DNA from: Octopus vulgaris
Taxonomy: Eukaryota
DNA length: 64,000 bases
Direction: 5' to 3'
Assembly: GCA_951406725.2 (NCBI GenBank)
Contig: OX597835.1
Span: 33,728,001 to 33,792,000, forward strand
Made by a program: the position numbers and the translations under genes. The notes beneath the pieces were generated by a model, which worked only from the letters and a program-made list of their open reading frames with translations, did not search any database and was not told where the DNA came from. Shown one piece after another: positions 25,297 to 37,440 of the stretch. The first letter of the stretch is position 1. The number at the start of each line of letters is the position of its first letter.

Positions 25297-26074
25297 TAGC
25301 TTATTTTAATACATTTCAGTTTAGTGTCAAACTATATGATGCACTACCGTTCTTAGTACCATTTTGTTATGATCTGAGATCACATCCCGCAGGTACCTTC
25401 GACTTTTATTTCCCTACAGTCACAGCGGTGCCAATGTGTGAGAAATTATTACACATTATTGTACGAATGTCTGATCTAATTAGATTAGTTAATCATAAAT
25501 GAGAATGGAAATTCGTGTTATTCACTCATATTGTCGCCGAAAACAACGATAATTATTTTTGAAAAAAAAATGCAATTATCACCTGAAAAGTTTACGTATT
25601 AATGCAAAAACGATAATATAAAAGAATATAGAAAATAGGTGTTAGAAAGTAAAGCATGAGTCGATTAGAAATAATTCCATGTGAATATATGGAGGTGTTG
25701 GTGGTAGGAATTAAGTGCGTCTGGGGAAATGGTGTGGGAAGAGTGGGTTCGAAACCCTTGCTTGGTGTGAAATACAGTCAATATTGGTAGCGTTAATTAA
25801 CTGTTATGGGTGTTAATTTATTTCTATAATTATTGAGGAAATTGTTATTTTAATCCAGAAAAATATATGTGTGGGGGACAATATTTGCATAAATAGTATG
25901 TAAATATGAGAGTTTAATACATATACGTATATATGTCTCTGTGTGTGTGTTTGTCTGTGTGTATGTGTGGGTGTGTGTGTGTTAGTGCAGGCCAGTTCGA
26001 GCGAAGCATTGTGTGATATTTCAAGTCAAAATTGTTCAAAAGCCAATACATTGTGAATTAAAATATAGAGAAAA

Positions 26075-26385
26075 TGAAAATAGAAAAGCAGTTTACACCT
26101 TATTTTATATGTCAATATTTCGGTGTTAATAACACTTTCTCAAAGCAAAATGAAGGACGGTGCCGAGCTGGAAATGTTCCCCAGATATGTGGGTGGAGTT
26201 TGTGACCTGCACAGACTGGCTTACAATTCAATACAAGTGCATGCCTGTAACAACACCCTTTCACATATTCAAACAACAAAATAGCAGCTCAACACCATAT
26301 TTATGCTGTCTTGACAAAGTGTAATTAACCCCAAAATATTGAAATATAAAGTAAAGTAAAAACTGTTGTTTCGTTTACCTTCTGT
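26075..26385. repeat. Old, diverged fold-back inverted repeat
   Basis: TTTTATATGTCAATATTTCGGTGTTAATAACACTTTCTCAA pairs with TTGACAAAGTGTAATTAACCCCAAAATATTGAAATATAAA; centre ~26225. Confidence 0.6.
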
Positions 26386-26851
26386 TTCATTCTTTGCATT
26401 GTGGTCCCATTTGTTCTAGATGAGGTTCTCCGTAGTCCACTAAGCAGATTGATAGAGTTTATCTATGTTTATACTCCTGTGTTCACTTTGTGAATAAAGT
26501 ATATTCGAATTTTTTTCTTCTGTGGCTTTTCGAACATTTTAACAATACTCTGAGCTGTGTTCTTTATATAAAACTTGAGATATTTTATACGATTTACACT
26601 ATATTTCTCCATCACGGTCTGGGTGTGTACGGTAAATAGGCGCAGATGTGGCTGCGTGGCAAAGGATCTTGCTCACCACCCATGTGGGCTTAGCTTCAGT
26701 CTCGCTGCACGGCATCTTAAGCAAGTGTCGTCTACTATAAACTACGGACCGACTAAAGTCTTGTGAATGGATATGGAAGACAGAAACTGAAAGAATCCCA
26801 TTACACATATACACACACACATATATATATATGTGTGTGTGTGTATGTATA

Positions 26852-26935
<84 letters not shown>

Positions 26936-28752
26936 TGTGTGAGAGTGTGTGTGAGTGCTCACGATTGTGCCACAGTATGGTCGTAGTCTGATTGAAAGAA
27001 GTACAAGAGACAATTAAAAAATATAGATCAACAGTCCTTCCCAAGCCAAAGACTTTTAAAGCATGTTTCCCAGTCTCTCTGACGCATATTCCTTCCACTG
27101 GACCGGACACCGGTCACTCGCAGGATTACTTTTAACAATCAAGCGGACTGGAGCAACATATGGTGAAATGCTTCGCTCAAGAATGCAACTCATCTCCTCG
27201 CCTGATAATTGAAACCACGATCTTACGATCATAACTGTAGTACTTTAACCACTAAGCCATGTGTCTCTCTCAACATATCAAGATTTTCATAAAATTACAT
27301 TTATGAACTTCCAGAGCAAAACATAATTACAATATACGATGCAAATACACCAGTTTTCAATTATAACATTTGATATTTATTCAGTTTTTTTTTAAACACT
27401 TTTAATAGTTATATGTTGCTTAAATTAGATTTATAGATATTTTTTAACCAAACTTGATCTTAAAGTGTGTCTTATTTAATTCATCTAAATACTTCGAAAC
27501 AAAAATACACGCATACACACACATTTACGTATATATGTAAGTATGTAATATATATGTGTATGTATATGTAGTATGATATATATATATATATATATATATA
27601 CATACATATATAAGATTGTGTATATATACATACATATATATGCATGTATTTGTATGTATATATACATATACATATATATATATATTCTTTTATTTGTTTC
27701 AGTCATTTGACTGCGGCCATGCTGGAGCACTGCCTTTAGTCGAACAAATTGACCCCAGGACTTATTCTTTGTAAGTCTAGTACTTATTCTATCGGTGTCT
27801 TTTGCCGGGGCCATGAATACACCAACACCAGTTTCCGTCTACCAATTCTTCTCACACAAAACTATGGGAAGGGGATCTTATAGAGCAAAATGAGAGAAGA
27901 ATATAGGAAAAATATATATAAGCAATTAAAAATATAAAACATATATCTATCAACCTATCTATCGAATGAGTGACTAAAGCGAGTGATCAATACTGGTGGG
28001 TAGTGTTTTACTTTATAATATATATATTTTATATGTTTAAACAGCTAGTATTATAGTAAGATAGGGGCTAGATTGGGAATCTTTAGGCTGACGAAAGTCA
28101 AAAGAAGAATTCTTAAACAGGGACAAAAATGGACCAAAAAGGATAAGTGCTAATTGTTTACATTGCCGTTGGGTATCTAGTTATTGTGTTTACTTGTAGT
28201 TATTCGGTGCTAAAACGTATACTAGTAAGATATAGAATATTAAGTATTAAATATTCAAGGAGTGGCACTGTGTAAGAGTTTTGATTATGTTTTGTCTTTT
28301 TTTACGGCAGAAACGGCCGTAAGTAACTAGCACATGCACACCCATTCAGTTTATTGCCAATTTGCTCTTTTTCTCCATTGGTCATTTGTTTCTATATGCT
28401 GATATGTTTTCACACCCTTGCTTATGCAGCTACCAGCTTTTTCCAGTCGCTAATATGTACCACTCATACATGTGTGTGTATTCATCTAATACATTTAAAT
28501 GAATAGACATACTGGAATGTTTACCGACTGATGACTGTCGATTTTATAGCCTCTCCGTTTTCTTATTTCCATATAAATCAAGGGTAAACCACTCGTTTAC
28601 CCCTGCCTATATATAATACTCAATTGCGAAATTGCCATGCAATAACTAGCACTAGGCTATGAATACATGTGTACGCTACCAGCAATATATTGGATAGGTA
28701 CTATCCCTTAGCTAGTTTCCAACTTCTAACTCACACAGAAATATAAATATAT

Positions 28753-28942
28753 GAGTGGTTGTGTGGTAAGTAGTTTGCTTACCAACCATATGATTCCGGG
28801 TTCGGTCCCACTGCGTGGCACTTCGGGCAAGTGTCTTCTACAATATCCTCGGGCCGACCAAAGCATTGTGAGTGGATTTGATAAACGGAAACTGAAAGAA
28901 GCCCGTCGTATATATATATATATAAATATGTGTGTGTGTGTG

Positions 28943-29008
<66 letters not shown>

Positions 29009-29232
29009 TGTGTTTGTATGTCAGTGTTTGTCCCTCCAACATCGCTTGACAACCGATGCTGGTGTGTTTGCGTCCCCGTAACGGTTCGGCAAAAGTGACC
29101 GATAGAATAAGTACTAGGCTTACAAAGAATAAGTCCTGGGGGTAGATTTGCGATTTGCTCGACTAAAGACGTTGCTCCAGCATGGCCGCAGTCATATGAC
29201 TGAAACAAGTAAAATAGTAAAAGAGTAAAAAG
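28753..29232 (+). mobile_element. SINE family A, near complete
   Basis: tRNA-like head, CORE-like TCGGGCAAGT, internal (TA)n(TG)n, (GTAAAA/GAGTAAAA) tail. Other copies at ~1-38, 91-180, 26639-26800, 27684-27850, 29512-30620 (split by Helitron), 37035-37230, 45303-45682, 45985-46156, 47765-47908, 53520-53730, 57330-57440 and 58413-58953. Confidence 0.85.
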
Positions 29233-29276
<44 letters not shown>

Positions 29277-29317
29277 AAGTAGATAAATGAATTATCTTAT
29301 TACGGATAATTCAAATG

Positions 29318-29403
29318 ATTTTCCTGAAGAGAAGGCTGCAAAATGGACTCCTTATTCAATCCGAATTAGGGACTTTGCAGCCTTCGAAACATATGTAGAA
29401 AAT
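29318..29403 (+). ncRNA. Type I hammerhead ribozyme (family 3, solitary)
   Basis: ATTTTC-CTGAAGA-GAAGGCTGCAAA(loop)TTTGCAGCCTTC-GAAA-CATATG-TA-GAAAAT: perfect 12-bp stem II, palindromic stem III, GUA site. Lies in a ~180-bp island between (TA)n tracts. Confidence 0.88.
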
Positions 29404-29453
29404 AATAAAAAGGAATTTTGTTGAATCTTCGTTCAGCTCCATTTCTTCCTACA

Positions 29454-29491
<38 letters not shown>

Positions 29492-29679
29492 GGCGCAAGC
29501 GTGATTCAATAGGTGCAGGCGTAGCTGTGGGGTAAGAAGCTTGCTTCCCAACCACATGGTTCCTGGTTCAATCCCATTGCGAGGCACCTTGGCTAAGTGG
29601 ATTTTACTAAAAGCTCGAACCGACCAAAGCCTTGTGAGTGGATTTGGGAGACGGAAACTGAAAGTGGCCCGTCGTATGT

Positions 29680-29734
<55 letters not shown>

Positions 29735-29735
<1 letters not shown>

Positions 29736-30233
29736 TAGCAGTATCGCCCGGCGTTGCTCGGGTTTGTAAGGGAAATAACTATATAAGCATTTTTAGAGAG
29801 TTACTTCCTTTATAGATGCCAATTCGGGCTTTCTTAGCCATTTCTGTTTTGGTGTCTTCAAGCCATGAAGTCGTTGTTCTAAAAGAACGCTGGTCTCCTT
29901 GACAACGCATTACGACGTTGATTTCCTTAAACTCCCTTCCCCACAGCTTCACGAGGGAGGGAAGAAGGGGGAGAAGCAAACAGGTGCAGGTGTTTGAGCG
30001 TGGACGCCAACTCCGCCGCCATCGACACACGAAAAATTATGCATTAAAATGGAATAAAAAATGATGTTAAATTATTTTTAAAATCGTAGACTCATCGTAG
30101 ACGCGCGCTAATAGCCAGACGGGCTCGATATTAATCACGACTATAAGATACCCGAATTTGGTTAAACTGCACTGCAAAATGTGGGAGGAGTTAGGAATCT
30201 AAATCGTAGGAGACAGACACTCACACAACTACA

Positions 30234-30240
<7 letters not shown>
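29735..30240 (-). mobile_element. Non-autonomous Helitron-like element nested in a SINE A (TA)n
   Basis: Minus-strand 3' end has hairpin CCCGAGC-AAC-GCCGGG (29762-29747), then CTAG (29738-29735) followed by T. No TSD; the 5' end merges into (TA)n. Confidence 0.75.
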
Positions 30241-30327
<87 letters not shown>

Positions 30328-30345
30328 CATACATACATACATACA

Positions 30346-30376
<31 letters not shown>

Positions 30377-30855
30377 GTGTATGTTTGTCTATGTTTCCCC
30401 ACCACCACCACCACCACCATCGCTTGACAGTTATTATTGATGTATTTACGTCCCTGTAATCTAGCAGTTCGGCGAAAGAGACTGATAGAGTAACTACAAG
30501 GCTTACAACGAATAAGCCGTGGGGTCGATCTCTTCGACTAAAACCCTTGTAAGGCATTTAGGGCCGTGCTCCAGCACTGAAAAAACTGAAACAAGTAAAA
30601 TAGCAAAAGCTGAAAAGAGAATAAAGCCGAATAAGAGACAGAAATAGATGGAAATTCCTTAGTAGAGTATTATATATTTGTAGAAGTGATTAAAAATGGC
30701 TTTTCTCATAATCTTCCCACTTTAATAATTAGATGTTCAAAAGTTAGTAGGTGCTTACAAACACCTAATAACGTGCAAGCGTCTAATTATTGATGTGGAG
30801 AAATTATCCGAAAGGCCATTTCTATTCATTATTTCACACACACAAACACACACAT

Positions 30856-30921
<66 letters not shown>

Positions 30922-30942
30922 ATGTGAGTGTGTATATATGTG

Positions 30943-30981
<39 letters not shown>

Positions 30982-31116
30982 GAGTAAGCACATAAGTGAT
31001 AAACAAGAAGGCAAACATAATAAAGATAGTATTCGGATCCCAAAGATAGTATAATACGCTGTTGTATTAAAACCGTAATGATGCTTTTGCAACAGCTTTA
31101 ATAAGAAATAATAGTG

Positions 31117-31188
<72 letters not shown>

Positions 31189-31222
31189 CAGACAGATAGA
31201 TAGATAAATTTATGTTGCTTGC

Positions 31223-31270
<48 letters not shown>

Positions 31271-31479
31271 TGGACTCTTCCGCGGTGAGACGACGTGCGA
31301 TGGATCGACAATTTGTTGCCGAACAACCACACAGATGATTTGTCTGTAGTGATCAAATGTTTGTGTAGACATTAGCTCACTCCCACCAATAGATCGACAT
31401 TATCTGTACAGGTGTACCGTGTGCCACATGTCAGATAACGAAATGATTGCAGAGCAACAGGAAATGAAGTACTTTGCTC

Positions 31480-32055
31480 AAGAACACAGACGCAGGGACA
31501 GAACGACCGAGGAGCCGCCGGATTTTCACCAGAGCCCCGTCTGCCGGGTTGTGGCCCTAATACCACTCGGTGTCAGACCAATCCGCCTTGGGTGGCCCTA
31601 CCAGGAACCGAAGTTCCCGACGACATAGCTCTGACACTACCCATTACCAGCGTCAAGATCAAGTGAAGGCTTACAAAGAATGAACCTGTGAAAAATGAAG
31701 GTATGTTGAATCTTATGTGTGTGATTTGTGGGAGTAAATACTTGAGTCATGAAGGCCTGGTCAGACACCAGAGAATTCACGGAAATCACCCCGCTTTAAA
31801 TTGTGATACGGTTGCTGTGCAACCTGTGGAATGGCGTGCCTTTCGGTTGTAGGGTTGAAATGGAATGTCAAAATGCTTCATACTGTAGCATCTGTTCCGT
31901 CTGCGAGCCAGCACAGCAGCTCTGCATTATGCAATAAAATGTGAAGATCTTTGGCCGAGCTCAAGAGTCGTACAAAGGCCTCTCATTGCATCAACAATGA
32001 ACATTTTTCAATGATTCTTTCTGACAGTGGCTTTGCTCGTATACGAAAAAGCAGC
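31480..32055 (+). mobile_element. Internally deleted (bipartite) RTE/BovB-like element
   Basis: RTE-type 5' motif GGGTGGCCCTACCAGGAACCGAAGTTCCCGACGACATAGCTCT (~31590-31632) is followed closely by C2H2 finger CVICGSKYLSHEGLVRHQRIH (31718-31780) and a second decayed finger (ALCNKM*RSLAELKS), then (CATA)n. Confidence 0.6.
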
Positions 32056-33271
32056 TACATACATACATACATACATACATACATACATACATACATACAT
32101 ACATACATACATACATACATACATACATGCATACATACATACATACATACATGCATACATACATGCATACATACATACATACATGCATACATACATACAT
32201 ACAAGCATAGATACATGCATACATACATGCATACATACATACATACATACATACATACATGCATACATACATGCATACATACATACATGCATGCATGTAT
32301 ACATACATGCATGCATACATACATACATACATACATACATAAGTACATACATGCATGCATACATATATACATATATGCATGCATACATATATACATACAT
32401 ACCTTCATGCATACACACATACATACATACATACATACATGCATACATGCATACATGCATGCATACATACATACATACATACATACATACATACGTACGT
32501 ACATACATGCATACATGCATACATGCATGCATACTTGGATACATGCATGCATACATACATACATACATACATACGTACGTACATACATGCATACATGCAT
32601 ACATGCATGCATACTTGGATACATGCATGCATACATACATACATACATACATACATAAATAAATACATACATACATACATGCATGCATACATACATACAT
32701 ACATACATACATACATACATACATGCATGCATACATACATACATACATGCATACATACATACATACATGCATACATACATGCATACATACATACATACAA
32801 GCATAGATACATGCATACATACATGCATACATACATACATACATACAAGTATACATACATGCATACATACATGCATACATACATACATGCATGCATGTAT
32901 ACATACATGCATGCATACATACATACATACATACATACATACATACATACATAAGTACATACATGCATGCATACATTAATACATATATGCATGCATACAT
33001 ATATACATACATACCTTCATGCATACACACATACATACATACATACATGCATACATGCATACATGCATGCATACATACATACATACATACATACATACAT
33101 ACATACATACATACGTACGTACATACATGCATACATGCATACATGCATGCATACTTGGATACATGCATGCATACATACATACATACATACATACATACAT
33201 ACGTACGTACATACATGCATACATGCATACATGCATGCATACTTGGATACATGCATACATACATACATACA

Positions 33272-33300
<29 letters not shown>
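32056..33300. repeat. 1.25-kb compound (CATA/CATG)n array with higher-order repeats
   Basis: Variant words (CATACTTGGATAC, ACGTACGT, ACAAGCATAGATAC, ACCTTCATGC) recur in order. Confidence 0.95.
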
Positions 33301-33302
<2 letters not shown>

Positions 33303-34077
33303 TCTTTTAGTTATTTCAATCACCACTGAATCTACACCACCACCCACACCACCATCTACACTACCACTTACACCACCACCGCTTACATTCTCCTCCTCCT
33401 CCTCCTTCTCTTCTTTTTAAGTCAATTCCAGTGATTTCACATTTTGTCTTAAAATTACAAACCGACAAAGCATTGAGATAGAGGGAAGTTACGGAGTTCA
33501 TGCCTTTACCGCCCAAGATTATTAAACAACCTAAGTGAAGCGCTCACACGAATTCCGCACCACCATCACATTTTTCAAAATATTAATTGCTTAATTGTTT
33601 AATTAGCTAAATACTTCATTAATTTTCATTTCGATTAAATCAATTGGTTTTTATTCATCTGCATCATCATCGTCAGCAACATCATAATCATCATAATCAT
33701 CATCACCATCGTCATAATCACACTCATGATCATCACCAACCATCATCACTACCATCATCACCACCACCGACTTTACCGTCATCATTATCGTCATCATCGT
33801 CATCATTTTGTTTCAATGATTCATAACTGCAAAATAAATCAAATAGGAAATTTTGAAAAAAAATAAAATAAAATAACGGATAAATTTTATTAAATCCACA
33901 AAAAAAATGTATCGGAAATAAACTTATAGAATATAATTTTTCTACTGAAGAACTCATTATTTGTTTGTTTTTTGTTTTTTTTATCTTTAATGAAATAATA
34001 ACAACAACAATAATAATGTTTAATGAAACGCTGAAGGCTCACAAATACACGCTGAGGACGGTACAGGACACTCTCTC

Positions 34078-34302
34078 TTTTTACTCTTTTACTCTTTTAC
34101 TTGTTTCAGTCATTTGACTGCGGCCATGCTGGAGCACCGCCATTAATCGAGCAACTCGACCCCGGGACTTATTCTTTTGTAAGCCCAGTACTTATTCTAT
34201 CGGTCTCTTTTTGCCGAACCGCTAAGTTACGGGGACATAAAGACACCAGCATCGGTTGACTAGCAATGCTAGGGGGCAAACACAGACACACAAACACACA
34301 CA

Positions 34303-34358
<56 letters not shown>

Positions 34359-34523
34359 TACGACGGTCTTCTTTCAGTTTCCGTCTATCAAATGCACTCA
34401 CAAGGGTTTGGTCGGCCCGAGGCTATAGTAGAAGACGCTTGCCCAAGGTGCAACGCAGTGGGACTGAACCCTGAACTATGTGGTTGGTAAACAAGCTACT
34501 TACCACACAGCCACTCCTGCGCC
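34078..34523 (-). mobile_element. SINE family A, complete
   Basis: Full reverse-complement match from the (CTCTTTTA)n tail to the CACTCCTGCGCC head. Confidence 0.88.
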
Positions 34524-34589
34524 TACAATACACAACAATACAAATAAAGTGGGATTACAGAATAAGAAAAACGCGTAAGCAAAAGAATA

Positions 34590-35835
34590 ATAAATAACAT
34601 CCTAATAATTTAAAGAGGGTGACTTTCCAAGGGCCGCGCGTGGAAACCCTACAAGACCACGATCGCCCTCACCTCTAGGGCAACTGTCCTTGCCTCTTCA
34701 TTCACTCTCAGTCAAGAAGCGCAATACGTTCACCCACCATTCAACAAAATTGCTGAAAGGCAGCACTTTCCTCCCCACCCTCACTTTACTTTTCAAGTGA
34801 AATTTGAAAAATTGATGAGGGCTTGTGGGAAGCGGAAAATGCTTGCCCTTAGCCTATTTAGTCGCCTCCACCATGCAACTTTTTTTAGCTATGACCATCA
34901 ACCAAAGAAACACTGCTTTCTCTTCCCGGCCAAAGGAAGGCGGTGGGGTCACCTTGACAATGGACTCAAGCGATAGCCAGATCTGTCCTACATGCAATGG
35001 TAAGTGTACGATATAAATCCACAAGTCAGCAATGCTCGGACACTGGACGAGTGCATGCAAAACTGTGCGCATCTCGGACAGGCCCGACTAACTGCACTGT
35101 AGAGTTTATCCGCACCTGTGGAGTTTATCCCGAATCGGCAATGCCTCCGGTAGCGTTGCCAGGACAAGGACGTCTGGAAATTATTCATATGACCTATCCC
35201 GAAGATCCTCAGGATCAGACCAGCCAGTTGATTCTTGCTAACGCCCAGAATCTCCCCGAAACCATCGTCGCACTTGCGTGCCACTAATTCTCTATAGAAA
35301 GCCTGAGTGGAACTTCCATCGACTTCATTGCTGTACTGAGAGAGAGAGAGAGAAAGAGGGGGCTGTCAGCGCCTGATTAATCTCAAGGAGCAAAGCATCT
35401 TGCCTCAGTCTACGTTTGATTCAGGACTGCAGCTCAGTCAAAGAAACGAGCAATGGAAGTCTTTTCTGAAAAAACCGATCACACTTGCTTACCGTCAAGG
35501 TAGCACTGGACGTAGGTTCAGTGCATGTCTGCGCATCAGCAGTCCACAGCATGCTCAGCCCTTTATTCAGTGGGTGTTGACAGCGACATGACCAGTAGGA
35601 CGCGTCCCTTCGACAGAAAGCAGAAGAGTACGCACTCCGGTTTGGTCAGACGTAAACTGAAACAAGGCATTCGCTACTTCCGTCCAACCTTTCTGGAATA
35701 GCTTTCTTTCGGCCCATTTTGGGGCGGAGATTGGTCACCCTGCTCGTCACCTTGTCCCGGTTCCGTTATAGGCCTTTCGCAGCGCTCCACTTCCCTCTCC
35801 GAGAGTCGCTGCATGCCATCGAGGAAGTCCAGTAG
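34590..35835 (-). pseudogene. Decayed 3' portion of a Tx1-like ORF2
   Basis: TVLHALVQCPSIADLW...ESIVKVTPPPSFGREEKAVF and MNNFQTSLSWQRYR...ACPRC align by eye with the C-terminus of ORF2 at 20390-20730; many frameshifts. Confidence 0.85.
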
Positions 35836-36109
35836 TTTTTCACTCCACTGTCCTCTATATATTTTTGAACTTCGTTTTGCTTTTCTTTTTCATTTTCTAA
35901 ACCTATCAGTTGTTTTGCCTCTCTCTCTAACATTGTTTCGTTAGTGTACTTGGATTCTTGATTATATTTTAGCATTTCTTTTTACAAATGAAAAAAATTG
36001 CTGAAGATTTTTTTATTGTGTTTCCTTATATTTATGTTTCCCTTTGCTTGTTCCTAATAAATTTTGTAGCCCTACTATTGATATTTTCCAGTAGATCTCT
36101 ATCTATACC

Positions 36110-36524
36110 TATTTCTTTACTACCCACAAGGGGCTAAACACAAAGGGGACAAACAGGGACAGACAAACGGATTAAGTCGATTACATCGACCCCAGTGCGT
36201 AACTGGTACTTAATTTATCGACCCCGAAAAGATGAAAGGTAAAGTCGACCTCGGCGGAATTTGAACTCAGAACGTAACGGCAGACGAAATACCTAATATC
36301 TTTACTACCCACAAGGGGCTAAACATAGAGGGGACATACAAGACAGACAAACGGATTAAGGTGATTACATCGACCCAGTGCATAACTGATACTTAATTTA
36401 TCGACCCCGAAAGGATGAAAGGTAAAATCGATCTCGGCGGAATTTGAACTCAGAACGTAAGGGCAAACGAAATACCGCTACGCATTTCGCCCGGCTTGCT
36501 AACGTTTCTGCCAGCTCGCCGCCT
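36110..36524 (-). mobile_element. SINE family B tandem dimer
   Basis: Two bodies joined at GAAATACC; TCTCTATCTATACC on both flanks (TSD). Confidence 0.85.
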
Positions 36525-37243
36525 TCATCTCTATCTATACCAAGCTGCCACCACCACTACCTTTTTATGCAAAACATATATATATATATTCTGTCAGCTT
36601 TCGGACGTAACCTTCTGAAAGCTGTCAGTTATTTCTTGCGCTTCAGTCTAAACTTTTTAATTCTCTCAGCTTTTAGTCTATTACGTTGGCGCTGTAATTT
36701 ATAACTGGGATGACCAACATGTTTGTAACGTTTCTTAATGACAGAGATGATAGTTAATTGTAAAGAGACGGTGTATGCAGTGAAAATGAGATCTAAATGA
36801 TGGCTTTAATGATATAACTTAACGTTGATTTCAATAAAATCTATCGGAGGTGATTATAACGTCACAGCTCTAGGTTTTAGCTGTAATGAAACGGTGTTCA
36901 TAGTAATGAGAGCTTAGAAGTATTTTTAAAGATACAGCTCAAAGGTGGTCCGAATTAAATAGTTTACTAACGGATGTTACGTCTCAAATCTGTACATATA
37001 TACATGTGTGTGCGTTCGTGTGTGTGTGTGTAATCTTTTATCTTTTACTTGTTTCAGTAACTTGACTGCAGCCATACTGGGGCACCACCTTCACGGGTTT
37101 TAGTCGTAAACATCGATCCTACCACCTGGTTTGTATTTATTTATTTAAGCCAAGCACTTATTCTATCGGTCTCTTTTGTCGAAGTGCTTAGGTTATGGGA
37201 ACGTTGTCAGGTGATCGTTTGACACACACACACGCACACACAC

Positions 37244-37302
<59 letters not shown>

Positions 37303-37397
37303 TATAATATTATTAGAGACAAAACCACTATTTTGCAAAACAAACAAGGAAAGACTTAATCAATACATAAAATTTTAATAAAAAGTCAAAAATACTG

Positions 37398-37440
37398 CCA
37401 CTACAATTGTTTCTTGTCCTAATCGACAATCTTCAGGTGG
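37398..37440 (-). ncRNA. Minimal type I hammerhead ribozyme (family 4, left arm)
   Basis: Reverse complement of 41722-41764. Confidence 0.85.

Noticed and set aside
28130-28655. Scattered hammerhead half-motifs (GAAACGGCCGTA, CTGATGA, GAAATTGCCATGCAATA)
   Set aside because: No single fold joins an intact CTGANGA with matching stems I and II.
31951-33420. Multiple 200-430 aa ORFs
   Set aside because: Produced by the CATA/CATG array.
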